Position numbers and translations under genes: made by a program. DNA of 64,000 bases from Nitrospirota bacterium (lineage in GTDB: Bacteria > Nitrospirota > Nitrospiria > Nitrospirales > Nitrospiraceae). The notes beneath the pieces were generated by a model. That model had not been told where the DNA came from and ran no database searches. It was given only the letters and a program-made list of their open reading frames with translations. The stretch is from NCBI GenBank assembly GCA_963703955.1, contig CAVPGK010000013.1, forward strand, positions 32,001 through 96,000, read 5' to 3'. Positions 21,180-31,165 of this stretch are shown piece after piece. Every line of letters begins with the position of its first letter. The first letter of the stretch is position 1.

Positions 21180-21446
21180 GCTGGGGGCAGAACTATAAAG
21201 AAATTAATGCATTTCGGCAAGCGGCATTTGACTGGAGGACGCCTGTCTCGGTTGGCCGATGATGCACTCCTGACAACACCCCGATGCCCGCAAATGCCAT
21301 CGAGCATACGAATGAACTAATATAAGAACGGGGAACATGGTACCAAGGCATGTCGAGTATTTTTCAACTACCAAAGTCGCTGGACCGCGAACTAGTGGGA
21401 ATGGCGGCCGAGTAGCCGCCCACAAAGGCACAGATGTTTCTTTCTA

Positions 21447-21977
21447 TCAGAACCGAGCAATCGCTGTAGGCTTTGAGGGAGAGGTCTTTGCTCCGCTCCC
21501 CAAAGCGGGTTTCTCGCGAACCAGAACCACATCGAGCGGACATCGAATCGAAAGATTTTGATTTCTCTCGGGGAGCATTAGTCGGCAGACTTTCTTGTCC
21601 ACATCCAAACGCACGGCGCACTCGGTTTTTATCACTTTGGCATTTGTGCAGAGCAACTTGTTCACCTCAATGTGGCACGTATCACCAGGAAGGCAAGCAT
21701 AGGTGGCCACAGGCGGCTCACTTGTTGCCCTCACAACCCACTCCCCATAGCCGGCTCGGTGGCGCCGGTCCAACAGGTTTCCATGCTCCGTGATGATCTG
21801 GCTCACCTTGGCTGGTAAATTCGCCTTGGTCAACTGTGGCCACCGGTAAGGTGAGGTCGCACAGCCGACCAAGCTCAGCGAGAGAACACCGAACAGCAAG
21901 CTCTTAAGCAGAATGACTGGAGTCAGAATCCGCTTTCCTACTCCATCATGATGTCCTTGATGTCTTTGACATGGCAT
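21447..21977 (-). CDS. Hypothetical Cys-rich lipoprotein
   Basis: Lipobox 'LVGC', six further Cys; AGGGAG upstream of ATG 21977. Confidence 0.55.
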   Translation of the reverse strand: MPCQRHQGHHDGVGKRILTPVILLKSLLFGVLSLSLVGCATSPYRWPQLTKANLPAKVSQIITEHGNLLDRRHRAGYGEWVVRATSEPPVATYACLPGDTCHIEVNKLLCTNAKVIKTECAVRLDVDKKVCRLMLPERNQNLSIRCPLDVVLVREKPALGSGAKTSPSKPTAIARF

Positions 21978-22309
21978 GGGACTCTCCCTTTGGTAGGTTT
22001 GCCGACCGGATCCTATGCGACGCTGGGGAGAGGGTAAACTGTCGCCGGGTGACGCACAATTCTGCTTCCGATTTACGACCAAAGGAGGATGCCGGCGACG
22101 CCGACTCCCTAGTCGGGTAACGACGGGATTTATCGGCGGAAATCAGAAAACAGAACCCACATCAAAATGGGCATGAGGAAAGGTTGGAAGTAGTGGAAAA
22201 AGATGGTGACATGAGCAGGGACTCCTGGATGGAGGTGAGGGAGGGAATCAAGGTTTGGACAATCTTAACGCACTATCGCGAAAGAACCGGCAATGGGAGC
22301 AGAAGCGTA

Positions 22310-22519
22310 TCAATAGAGCGGGGCCTGCGGCCCTGGGACCATCCCGGCAATGTCAGGGTCCTCTCCTCCGTCCCGGCGAGGAGCAACCTTCTTCTCGTTT
22401 CGCTGCGTCCGGCGTGCTTCTTTGTCCTTCTGTTTGGCTTGCTTGGCTCGTTCGCGATCGCGTTTTGCGAGGGTCGCTTTGCTTGGTCTGGAGATTGGAA
22501 CCTCCCTGGCTTCCGCCAA
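22310..22519 (-). CDS. Small basic hypothetical protein downstream of RRM gene
   Basis: Lys/Arg-rich helix followed by 'GEDPDIAGMVPGPQ'; start uncertain. Confidence 0.6.
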   Translation of the reverse strand: MAEAREVPISRPSKATLAKRDRERAKQAKQKDKEARRTQRNEKKVAPRRDGGEDPDIAGMVPGPQAPLY

Positions 22520-22534
22520 TCAAAGGAAGAATAA

Positions 22535-22562
22535 ACAGGGACGCGGTTTCCGGCGTCCCTGT
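22535..22562 (-). terminator. Intrinsic terminator-like hairpin after RRM gene
   Basis: ACAGGGACGC-N8-GCGTCCCTGT perfect 10-bp stem followed by T-rich tract on the minus strand. Confidence 0.7.
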
Positions 22563-22603
22563 ACTTGTGTTAGTGGGACGACGTTATCCCGATGGCAGTG
22601 AAC

Positions 22604-22909
22604 TTACCAACGTGCGCCGCGGCCTCCACGGTCGCCACTGCGACCGCCACTGGAGCGAGGCTCCTGAGGCTTCGCCTCGTTGACCGTAAGTGTTCGGCCA
22701 TCAAGTTGGGTCGCGTTGAGCGCCTCAATCGCTCGCTTGCTTTCCTCAGCTGTGGACATCTCCACGAAGCCGAAGCCTCGGGACTGGCCCGTGAACTTGT
22801 CGGTAATCACCTTCGCCGACTCGACCGTACCGTGCGCTGCGAATAGGTCATTCAACTGCGACTCCGTCGCCGAATAGGGCAACCCACCCACATATATCTT
22901 TGAACCCAT
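22604..22909 (-). CDS. RRM RNA-binding protein with Gly/Arg tail
   Basis: RNP2 'IYVGGL', RNP1 'RGFGFVEM'; AGGAGG RBS. Confidence 0.97.
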   Translation of the reverse strand: MGSKIYVGGLPYSATESQLNDLFAAHGTVESAKVITDKFTGQSRGFGFVEMSTAEESKRAIEALNATQLDGRTLTVNEAKPQEPRSSGGRSGDRGGRGARW

Positions 22910-23482
22910 GGGGTTCCTCCTTTTGGGAATGATATTGTCTGAGACTCGAGAAAGAACAAAGGAAGGAACGAGCCGAAGACGCAATTCCTGCGGCGCTCAG
23001 GTCTGGCTTCCGATCAAATTCCCGGGCTAAAACAACATCGACAAGGCCTGGTGATTGAGCCTCACCGCTCAGGCCCAACGCGACGAGGTAGTGCACACTA
23101 ACACGACGCGTGCGGAAAAGCAAACGAGGATGATCGAGGTCTTGACAGGAGACATAAAACACTGCGGGTGACGTCCGCAATACAGACAGAATTGATTAAT
23201 TCATTTGACACCTCCCAATTGAGGGTTGACGCAGTCACGTAAAGGGATTAGTATAACGCTGCCGCGTTGGCTATCCTATCTCTCGCGCTTCCGTCCCCTT
23301 CCGGTTTGATCCTGCGCGATCGATTCTCTAGCACACGGTGATCCTTCTGTCGGAGGAGTCAACACGTCCATGCCTTCTTGGTCTGCCTGAGGCCTGTTCT
23401 CACGAAACGTGTTTCTTACACCTGGCTGAGTCCCTGGCGTTGGGTCGAGAAGTGATGGCGAACAAGTAGCCTAGGAGGACAG

Positions 23483-23713
23483 ATGTCTAATCAGGAGAGA
23501 AAACAATTACAGAAGGACGTGGGCGATAAACGGAGGCGGAGGACAAAACCATATAAGGACTGGGGTCGCCTCGATCTCCAGCTGAAAGAGAAGCCGACGG
23601 TGCCAATGGAGGAGATGCGGCGGCAAGGATTGATGTTAGCCGGACGACAACTTGGCCAAGGAGCACGATCTCATTGCAAGGCCCAAGAAGGCGTTGAGTT
23701 CCTTGAGACATAG
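23483..23713 (+). CDS. Hypothetical protein
   Basis: AGGAGG RBS then ATG; basic small ORF. Confidence 0.4.
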   Translation: MSNQERKQLQKDVGDKRRRRTKPYKDWGRLDLQLKEKPTVPMEEMRRQGLMLAGRQLGQGARSHCKAQEGVEFLET

Positions 23714-24086
23714 GCGACTCGAAATCAACCACATTTGCACCACCACCTCGTATCAGCGCCCAACCATTAGCTGATAGAATGGAGAGTCCGGACAAATCGA
23801 CTCGAACGGCCTGAGTGAATAGAACTTTTCCTACTCCTGATTGATAGAGCTTGACGGGTCCGCAATTCCCGAGTAGCATGACCGCACGACGTTCTAAGCT
23901 ACGCCGACTGTCCTATTGCTTGCGCCTTCCGATCCTTCCTGGCGCGAATAATTCCCCAGTCTCCGCCGCTTCCTACGCCTGAGTCTCTGAAGCCGTAGTC
24001 ATTCGGTTCCACACCAGACCGGGATCTTTAACCGTAAGGTGTCATCGTTCTCTGGTGTCGGAGCGTGCCCATCGAGGAGGTGACCC

Positions 24087-24407
24087 ATGCCGTACCTCAA
24101 GCAAGATTACGACGACGAGGAACACTTCGTTTGTGACCGCGTGGTCGAGTTTAAGGAGCGCTTAGCGAACCAGCCTTTGGACCCGGGAGTAAGCATAAAT
24201 ATCCATATTGAGGATTCTGCTAGTGGCGGTTCGACGACTGTCGCCGGTGCTGGTCTAAAAGTGTCGAATGAATCTGTTTCTACTGGCAGTGGATTCATTA
24301 AGCAACTCGGAGTTCTGCTGGCGTCGGTTGTATCTCTGAAGGCCGTGAAACCGCCTATCCTGACCGAAGCAGAAAGTGGAGCAAAAAAGAGGGATGCGAC
24401 CGCGTGA
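24087..24407 (+). CDS. Hypothetical protein
   Basis: GAGGAGG RBS then ATG. Confidence 0.45.
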   Translation: MPYLKQDYDDEEHFVCDRVVEFKERLANQPLDPGVSINIHIEDSASGGSTTVAGAGLKVSNESVSTGSGFIKQLGVLLASVVSLKAVKPPILTEAESGAKKRDATA

Positions 24408-24459
24408 CAGTGAAAAGGTTGGGGGCCATTGGCTGGCTTGAAAAGAGCGGAGGAACGCC

Positions 24460-24759
24460 ATGTCAGAGCAAGGAACCGTTGCTGACCGGATCCTCAAGGC
24501 TGTGCGACGCTCTCCTGGTTGTCTACTCGATGACTTGGAGTGTAGCTGCCCTGATCTCACGTGGAACCAGGTCTTTCTCGAAGTCGATCGCTTGAGCCGA
24601 ACGGGGCGCCTACGGGTGCAGTCGAAGGGCGAGGGAATCTATATTCTTACGCTACCAACCAAGGGAAAACTGCTAGCTAGAATAGCTCCAGTTCTCCGAG
24701 GAACGAGAACGAACCATGTGCAAAGACGGCCGCAAGAGGTTCTTCCTGTGGACAAGTGA
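24460..24759 (+). CDS. Small hypothetical protein, possibly winged-helix-like
   Basis: GGAGG RBS; 'CLLDDL...LTWNQVFLEVDRLSRTG' motif recalled from Nitrospira small proteins. Confidence 0.65.
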   Translation: MSEQGTVADRILKAVRRSPGCLLDDLECSCPDLTWNQVFLEVDRLSRTGRLRVQSKGEGIYILTLPTKGKLLARIAPVLRGTRTNHVQRRPQEVLPVDK

Positions 24760-24876
24760 TGGCCACCAAAGAAAGACCGCTGAAGGATGAATACAGGTGA
24801 CCGTGGGCACGTGTACGTGCCCACACCAATTGCGACCATAGGATGTGGGTAACACCGAAGCTCTGGAGACGACGAG

Positions 24877-25101
24877 ATGCCCTGCCCACGTTGCCACGGG
24901 TTAATGGTGGTGATCAGGTTGGAGGATAGGACAGCCTCCATAAGCTTTGAACCCTTGTCCGGCTGGCACTGCCTTCTATGTGGAGAAGTCATCGACCCTG
25001 GGATCGTAGCCAATCGGAAGAGTCACCAGGAACCAAGGGACAGCCGGGCTCGTCCTCGGTATGGTGCCTGGTCGGTCTCAAGTACCCGCCGAATTGACTA
25101 G
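24877..25101 (+). CDS. Small zinc-ribbon hypothetical protein
   Basis: 'CPRCHGLM...WHCLLCGEVIDP' two CxxC motifs. Confidence 0.7.
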   Translation: MPCPRCHGLMVVIRLEDRTASISFEPLSGWHCLLCGEVIDPGIVANRKSHQEPRDSRARPRYGAWSVSSTRRID

Positions 25102-25152
25102 TAGCAACGAGAGGACAAATCCATCGATGTATCGCATGTGAACCATCCTTTC

Positions 25153-25680
25153 TCATTTTTCAACCACAGCCTTCAGGTTGGCAAGGCCGGTCTCGAAATC
25201 CTTGCCGACCATCCTGTCCATATTGAAAAAGATGCCCATCACCTTCGCAATGTATGGACTGCGACCGTGCATAGCCCACGTGACGTCGGTAGCATTGCCT
25301 TTGGTGTCCAGTGTGAACTCAACGATGTTGTGGGCTTCAAACGGCGTAACGAAATCCAGGTTGATCACGACTTGAGTAGGTGAAGAAGAGTTCGTAATCT
25401 CCATGCGTCCCTTACCCGCTTTATTGTTACCTTCCCACTCATACACGGCGCCTTTACCGTTGGCTGCGCCGCTGTAGGTTCTCTTCATCGCTGGATCCAG
25501 TTTCTCGTAGGGCGACCAGGAGCCCCAACTGCGGTAATCGTTGATGAGCGGAAAGATGTTTTCTGGCGGAGCGTTGATACGTGTCGTACGCTGGACACGG
25601 AATGTGTCAGGCCTAGTCATGGCATAGATGAGAAGGGCAACGAGCAGAACGACAACGACGATAGCAATGATCTTCAGCAT
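25153..25680 (-). CDS. SRPBCC (polyketide cyclase/START-like) family protein
   Basis: N-terminal TM, 'PDTFRVQR', 'WSPYEKLDP', 'GKDFETGLANLK'. Confidence 0.9.
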   Translation of the reverse strand: MLKIIAIVVVVLLVALLIYAMTRPDTFRVQRTTRINAPPENIFPLINDYRSWGSWSPYEKLDPAMKRTYSGAANGKGAVYEWEGNNKAGKGRMEITNSSSPTQVVINLDFVTPFEAHNIVEFTLDTKGNATDVTWAMHGRSPYIAKVMGIFFNMDRMVGKDFETGLANLKAVVEK

Positions 25681-25791
25681 GGATCGCTCCGGGTGCAGTG
25701 GTGAAATTGTAAGATGGCGGTCACTTTCCGCCACCCTTGCCAGTCATCCATTCGATCGTTCACTGATAGGCGTGACCAGGACACGCCGCGA

Positions 25792-26235
25792 CTACCGCGT
25801 TGCGGCCTTCTTCAGCTGCTCGGATCGCGCGCGTAGACGCTCCTCTTGTTCCCTGAGTTCAGGCGTGAACTCGGCCCCGAAGTCTTCCGCCTCGAACACT
25901 TGGCGAATCTCGATTTCGGAGTCCGTATCCGGGAAGGGATTCGGGCAGCGCTTGACCCATTCGATCGCCTCTTCCTTCGACTTTACCTGCCATAACCAGA
26001 AGCCGGCGATCAGCTCCTTCGTCTCGGCGAAAGGGCCGTCGATCACGGTACGTTTGTTTCCCGAAAATCTTACCCGCGCGCCCTTCGAGCTAGGCTGGAG
26101 CCCCTCGCCTGCGAGCAGTATGCCGGCATTCGTCAGCTCCTCGTTGTACTTCCCCATCTCGGTCAGGAGCTTTTCGTCTGGAAGCATGCCGGCCTCTGAG
26201 TCCTTGGTGGCTTTGACCAAAATCATGAATCGCAT
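25792..26235 (-). CDS. YciI/DGPF family protein
   Basis: 'DGPFAETKELIAGFW'. Confidence 0.93.
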   Translation of the reverse strand: MRFMILVKATKDSEAGMLPDEKLLTEMGKYNEELTNAGILLAGEGLQPSSKGARVRFSGNKRTVIDGPFAETKELIAGFWLWQVKSKEEAIEWVKRCPNPFPDTDSEIEIRQVFEAEDFGAEFTPELREQEERLRARSEQLKKAATR

Positions 26236-26327
26236 CGTTGTGTCCTCTTTCTAGTTTGGCGTCGAAGCCATGTCTGTCTTTATATTCGTGAATCTCCAAT
26301 CCCTGTTGTCGACTCCCATCAAGGCAC

Positions 26328-26744
26328 TTACTTTGCGCTTTCGTTCCTTTCCCAGAGGGCGAACATGTTGTTCTCCGTGTCCTGGCATATGGCGAAGTAG
26401 CCCATCTGCGGTACCGCCGTCTTGGCCTTGCATATTTTGCCCCCGAGTTTCTCAACATTCGCCGCGGCTTTGTCCACCGAGGACACGGCGACATAGTTGG
26501 TGATGGGTTGTTCCGGGTGCACGCGTTTCATCAGTCCGCCATCGGGCGTATCATCGCCGCCGCCCGTGTCGATGTGCCAGTAATCCGTCATCCCGGGAAA
26601 CCTCTCGATTTTCCAACCGAACAACGAGCCGTAGAACTTCTTAGCACGCTCGGGATTATCTGCTGGAATTTCGAACCAGACGATACTCGACGCGGCACGG
26701 CTTCCCTTTGCCTCGTTAGATCTTCTTTTCTTTTCTGTGCTCAT
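26328..26744 (-). CDS. VOC (glyoxalase-like) family protein
   Basis: 'WFEIPADNPERAKKFYGSLFGW', 'DTENNMFALWE'. Confidence 0.9.
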   Translation of the reverse strand: MSTEKKRRSNEAKGSRAASSIVWFEIPADNPERAKKFYGSLFGWKIERFPGMTDYWHIDTGGGDDTPDGGLMKRVHPEQPITNYVAVSSVDKAAANVEKLGGKICKAKTAVPQMGYFAICQDTENNMFALWERNESAK

Positions 26745-26801
26745 ACGTTCTCTCTTGGTTTGGTTGATCGTGTTGTCCGCGTCGCTTCCTTCTGCCCGCT
26801 A

Positions 26802-27098
26802 CTAGCCTCCCGCCATGGCTCCCACGATCAGAAGCGGTTCGGCCCCCGTCGTGATCTCGTCGGGCAGAGTAGCGTCCGGCGATTCGTGGGACAGATCCTG
26901 CTCGCAGGCGAAGACCCTCACGAACGGTCGACGCTTTTGCGTCGCGTGGTCGCGGATCGTCCCCCGCAGCATCGGATAGCGCGCCTCGAGCGCGTCGAGC
27001 ACCGAGCGCTGCGTCACCGGACCCTTGACCTCCAGCTTCACCTCGCCGGTGACGCGTGCCAGCGTCCGCAGATGTGCCGGGAGTACGACTCGGATCAT
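26802..27098 (-). CDS. MoaD/ThiS-family ubiquitin-like (beta-grasp) protein
   Basis: 98 aa, C-terminal di-Gly 'AMAGG'; overlaps upstream gene by 4 bp. Confidence 0.9.
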   Translation of the reverse strand: MIRVVLPAHLRTLARVTGEVKLEVKGPVTQRSVLDALEARYPMLRGTIRDHATQKRRPFVRVFACEQDLSHESPDATLPDEITTGAEPLLIVGAMAGG

Positions 27099-28282
27099 GG
27101 TAGTATTTGCGCCTCAACAGACAACACAGGCGGCAGATCTCGGACGATAGCCGCCCAGCTATCACCCGAATCGGAGGATGCGTACACCTGCCCGCCGGTC
27201 GTCCCGAAGTACAGGCCGCAGGGATCGAGTGAGTCGATGTCCATCGCATCCCGCAACACATTGACGTAGCAGTCCTGTTGCGGCAGACCTTTCGTGAGCG
27301 CCTCCCACTCGTTCCCGCCCGTCCGGCTCCGATAGACCCGGAGCTTTCCCTCGGGCGGGAAGTGCTCCGAGTCGCTCTTGATGGGAACGACGTAAATCGT
27401 CTCCGGCTCGTGTGCATGCACCGCGATCGGGAATCCGAAGTCAGTCGGCAGGTTTCCACTGACCTCCTGCCACGACTCCCCCGCGTCGTCGCTCCGCAGG
27501 ACGTCCCAGTGTTTCTGCATGAACAGCACGTTCGGACTGGAAGAGTGCATCGCGATACGGTGGACGCAGTGGCCCACCTCGGCATCCGGGTCCGGTAGCT
27601 CATACTGGGACTTCAGGCCTTTGCTCATCGGCCGCCAGGTCTTGCCGGCATCATCAGTCCGAAACACACCCGCAGCCGAGATGGCGATGAAGATTCGATC
27701 GGGATGGCTCCGGTCCAGGATGATCGTGTGCAAGCACATGCCGCCCGCGCCCGGCTGCCAGAGGCTCCCTTTTGCGTCGCGTAGCCCGGCCAGTTCCTGC
27801 CACGTCTGCCCGCCGTCGCTCGAGCGGAACAGGGCGGCATCTTCCACGCCGGCATAGACAGTGTCCGGATCGGTCAGCGACGGTTCCAGATGCCACACCC
27901 GTTTGAATTCCCAAGGGCGCTGCGTGCCGTCATAATGCTGGTGCGTCGTGAGCGGTTTCCCGGTTTCCTGTGACGTATCGTAGACGAACTTGTTGCTCTC
28001 ACCCTTGGGCATGCCGTCGGGAGTCGTGGTCGGCTCCCCGGGCGGTGTCCCCGGTTGATACCAGGTCTTGCCGCCGTCATCGGAGCGTTGGATGATCTGT
28101 CCGAACCAGCTGCTGGTCTGCGATGCATACAGCCGATTCGGATCGGCAGGCGATCCCTTGAGATGGTACATTTCCCAGCCCGCAAAGTGAGGGCCACTGA
28201 CGTCCCACTGTTTACGCGCACCATCCGACATCAGAACGAACGCGCCCTTCCGCGTCCCAACCAGTAGCCGTACCTTACTCAT
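27095..28282 (-). CDS. BNR/Asp-box beta-propeller protein (sialidase-like fold)
   Basis: Repeated Asp boxes 'RSDDGGKTW', 'RSSDGGQTW', 'SDDAGESW'; start MSKVRLLVG. Confidence 0.9.
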   Translation of the reverse strand: MSKVRLLVGTRKGAFVLMSDGARKQWDVSGPHFAGWEMYHLKGSPADPNRLYASQTSSWFGQIIQRSDDGGKTWYQPGTPPGEPTTTPDGMPKGESNKFVYDTSQETGKPLTTHQHYDGTQRPWEFKRVWHLEPSLTDPDTVYAGVEDAALFRSSDGGQTWQELAGLRDAKGSLWQPGAGGMCLHTIILDRSHPDRIFIAISAAGVFRTDDAGKTWRPMSKGLKSQYELPDPDAEVGHCVHRIAMHSSSPNVLFMQKHWDVLRSDDAGESWQEVSGNLPTDFGFPIAVHAHEPETIYVVPIKSDSEHFPPEGKLRVYRSRTGGNEWEALTKGLPQQDCYVNVLRDAMDIDSLDPCGLYFGTTGGQVYASSDSGDSWAAIVRDLPPVLSVEAQILP

Positions 28283-28368
28283 ATCCCACTCCTTCCTGTA
28301 CCTCGCACCGCTCTCGGCACGAAAATTCGTCGCGACATTAGCCACAGAGTTCCTTGGATTCTATGAAC

Positions 28369-29064
28369 CTACACATACCGATCATGATGACGAACCCAGT
28401 CCATCGTGGAATCGGAATTCTCATCTCTCCCTTTGGGGACGAGGTCCAACCAGTTGTAGGCTCCGTTCAACATATCAATCCCGCGGGCATAGGCCGAATA
28501 CGTGTGGAATACTTCCTTGTTTCGCCGGTAGAAAAAGCTCGCCCCAGGCATTTCGTCACTCATGTAAGACCCAGCCGTGTAATTATAGAAGGCCCGTCCT
28601 GCACGTTCGTCTTCATCCTTGAACGAGACCCCAAAATCGAAGTTGAAGTCCGACTCTAATGAAGATACCCATTTGAAGCTCCAGCCCATGCGCTTCTTAA
28701 ATTGTTCGATTCTGGAGAGCGCAGCCCGCGAGACCACGACAAAAGACACATCGCGGTGTGCCAAATGAACGGGGATGCCTTGAAAGCCGTCAGCCCAATA
28801 TGAACAACTCTTGCATCCTTGGTCCCAGTCCGGACCGAACATGAAATGGTAGATCGCGAGCTGCGATCTCCCCTCAAAAAGGTCCACGAAACTTTCTTTG
28901 CCCTTGAAGCTAGTGAAGGAGTACTCTTTTTCTATTTTTCGCCACGGCAGGGCGCGAATGTGAGCCGTCAATTTGTCCCTCAGCTTGGTGAACTCTTTTT
29001 CTTTCGCCAGAAGTTCCTTGCGTGCCTTCAACCATTCATCTTGTGAGACAATTGCGTGTTGCAT
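28369..29064 (-). CDS. DUF899 thioredoxin-like protein
   Basis: 'ELLAKEKEFT', 'YHFMFGPDW..GCKSCS', 'LDLVPKGRDE', 'WVRHHDRY'. Confidence 0.9.
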   Translation of the reverse strand: MQHAIVSQDEWLKARKELLAKEKEFTKLRDKLTAHIRALPWRKIEKEYSFTSFKGKESFVDLFEGRSQLAIYHFMFGPDWDQGCKSCSYWADGFQGIPVHLAHRDVSFVVVSRAALSRIEQFKKRMGWSFKWVSSLESDFNFDFGVSFKDEDERAGRAFYNYTAGSYMSDEMPGASFFYRRNKEVFHTYSAYARGIDMLNGAYNWLDLVPKGRDENSDSTMDWVRHHDRYV

Positions 29065-29118
29065 ACCAACCTCCAGCGTCAGTTACTGCACAGGCCATGC
29101 AGAACTACGGTTCGAGAG

Positions 29119-29585
29119 TTATTGTTGCGCATATGCTTGCTTCAAAGTTTTAATGTCGAGCTTATCCATTTGAAGCATGGCCTTCATGACTCTTTCCGAT
29201 TTCTCGGCATTTTTGTCTTGCAACATCTCACTCAACACAGGAGGAACAATTTGTCTTTCAGCCAGCCGCACCGTCCCTTCTCTCCGCCTTCGGAGAGCTT
29301 TTCCCACATCTCATCTATTTCTTTCTGCGTCTCGCAATTCACGACAAATGAGATCGCCTCAGTAAATTTGAAAAGCGGCCCGCCGTTTAGTGCGACAAAT
29401 TCTTGCCCTTCGATCTCAAACGTCGCGGTCATGACCGTTCCCTTCGGTCTGCCGGAAACCCCCGCTCCTTGTTCTCCATAGCGGGTAATGCGTCCGGCCT
29501 TTGAATTCTTAAAAATCGACACATAAAATTTCATCGCTTCTTCGGCTTGATCGTCGAACCACAAGAACGGGGTGATTTTTTGCAT
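29119..29585 (-). pseudogene. PhnB-like VOC protein disrupted by a small deletion/frameshift
   Basis: '[17 protein letters not shown]...CGWLKDK' in one frame, 'IVPPVL...KAMLQMDKLDI' in another; the family's 'FGxSWQ' segment is missing. Confidence 0.85.
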
Positions 29586-29631
29586 TGGTTTCTTCCTTCT
29601 ACGAAGTCGCGTCAACACGCTTTAGAACCTG

Positions 29632-29997
29632 CTAAACCGTGGGGAGTCCCGCAACTTCCCTCACCGGGCGGACCTCGACGGTTCCGATGCGCGCTCCTGG
29701 AATCCGAGTGGCGATGCCGATCGCCTCGTCGCGGTCCTTGGCATCAATAAGGAAGTAGCCGGCGAGTTGCTCGCGCGTTTCCACGAACGGACCGTCGGTC
29801 ACGAGCGGTTTGCCCTCGCGCACCCGAACGATGGCCGCCGTCGACGTCGGATGCAGCGGCGATGCACTCAGATATTTCCCGCTGGCGTTGAGCTGGTGCG
29901 TGAGCTGCACCGATTCCTCGAGCATCTGCTTGCGTGTGGTCTCGCTCATCTTGTCGAAGGCCTCTTCGTCGTGGTGAACCAGCAACATGTATTTCAT
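29632..29997 (-). CDS. YciI/DGPF family protein
   Basis: 'MKYMLL', 'TDGPFVETREQLAGYF'. Confidence 0.93.
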   Translation of the reverse strand: MKYMLLVHHDEEAFDKMSETTRKQMLEESVQLTHQLNASGKYLSASPLHPTSTAAIVRVREGKPLVTDGPFVETREQLAGYFLIDAKDRDEAIGIATRIPGARIGTVEVRPVREVAGLPTV

Positions 29998-30021
29998 CAA
30001 GCTCCCTCCTGATATCTCATA

Positions 30022-30047
30022 GTCGTTCACCTTCCCGATAATCGACA
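30022..30047 (-). promoter_or_regulatory. ECF42-type promoter TGTCGA-N16-CGAC
   Basis: Exact motif about 25 bp upstream of YciI ATG 29997. Confidence 0.75.
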
Positions 30048-30116
30048 CCGGCCCTCCCGAGGTGCCGAGAAGGTGAGCGCCCAGTGTCTCGGAAGCTTAC
30101 GCCCGTTTTTATGCTG

Positions 30117-30470
30117 TTAAGACGGCAGGCCCGGCATCTCAATCACCGGTCTGACCTCGACGGTTCCCTTGCGCGCCATCGGTATCCGCGCTGCGACGGC
30201 GATCGCCTCGTCGAGGTTTTTGGCCTCGATGAGAAAGTAGCCGCCCAGTTGTTCGCGCGTTTCCGCGAATGGGCCGTCGGTCACGAGCCGTTTGCCGTTG
30301 CGCACCCGGACGCTGGTTGCCATTGATGTGGGGTGCAGCGGGTTGGCGGCCAGATAGTGCCCACTCGAGTGAATGTCGTGCGCGAGCTGCGTGGACTCCG
30401 CGTAACACTCCTGCCGCTCGCTCTCGCTCAACGCTTGCTCGTCAAGGTAAATCAGCAACATGTATTTCAT
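30117..30470 (-). CDS. YciI/DGPF family protein
   Basis: 'MKYMLLIY', 'TDGPFAETREQLGGYF'. Confidence 0.93.
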   Translation of the reverse strand: MKYMLLIYLDEQALSESERQECYAESTQLAHDIHSSGHYLAANPLHPTSMATSVRVRNGKRLVTDGPFAETREQLGGYFLIEAKNLDEAIAVAARIPMARKGTVEVRPVIEMPGLPS

Positions 30471-30486
30471 GTGGACGCCTCCATCA

Positions 30487-30512
30487 GTCAGTCGAACAGT
30501 GCCGAATCGACA
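30487..30512 (-). promoter_or_regulatory. ECF42-type promoter variant TGTCGA-N16-TGAC
   Basis: Motif directly upstream of the RBS of YciI 30470. Confidence 0.6.
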
Positions 30513-30608
30513 CTCCGGCGGAGATTTTTATCATAGTGCATGTCTCTCGACGTCCATGCAACCTTGGCGCTCAGTTATCTCGTCCAGGTATCCCAAGGCA
30601 AATGAATT

Positions 30609-31079
30609 TCACCGTTTCCTCCTGCGATCATCTGACCGCGTGAGCACGGGCTTGATATCGACGACCGGTGTCCCGTCGACTGCCTCCATTGGCGTAACCC
30701 TCAACCGATGCCCGGCGACTTCCAAGACCGAAACCGTATGAAGTCCCACTGGGTTGGGACGATCCGACGACCGCGTCGCAAATACGCCCGTCAACGGTGT
30801 CTCGAGCTTCCCGCGAGGGTGCACCTGAAGCACGTCGCGTCGCGCGCGGTGAAGCCAGGTTAAAACAATAAGTTGGTCGCCAGCCGTGATGCCGACAAGG
30901 CCTTGCGCCACCGGTGGCATGAGTTCCAGCCAAGCTTCGGGAGCACCTTCATCTCCCTGGAGGGGCGCCGACTCGAGACGGGCCAGCTCGGAGTGTATGA
31001 CTCCAATGGGTTCGATTCGATAGCTGTGTTCATTCATTTCTCGTCCCGATGCACCTGCCGTTTTGGTTCTTTTGTTCAT
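30609..31079 (-). CDS. trmO: TrmO/TsaA (YaeB) family methyltransferase
   Basis: 'PIGVIHS', 'GVFATRSSDRPNPVGL', 'DGTPVVDIKP'. Confidence 0.88.
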   Translation of the reverse strand: MNKRTKTAGASGREMNEHSYRIEPIGVIHSELARLESAPLQGDEGAPEAWLELMPPVAQGLVGITAGDQLIVLTWLHRARRDVLQVHPRGKLETPLTGVFATRSSDRPNPVGLHTVSVLEVAGHRLRVTPMEAVDGTPVVDIKPVLTRSDDRRRKR

Positions 31080-31165
31080 GTTTATTCTCTTAATTTACCC
31101 ACGTTAGAGTCTCCTTTGATGGGGTCAGACACAGAGTGGCTCCTTACGATGGAGCGGCCGGCCGG

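Noticed and set aside
22030..22120. GGTAAAC...GACGCAC stretch resembling a c-di-GMP-I riboswitch, near a PilZ gene
   Set aside because: No GNRA tetraloop or clear receptor and no downstream plus-strand gene; would need an Rfam hit
26802..27098. Calling this gene moaD or thiS
   Set aside because: No molybdopterin or thiamine biosynthesis genes nearby; only the family can be assigned
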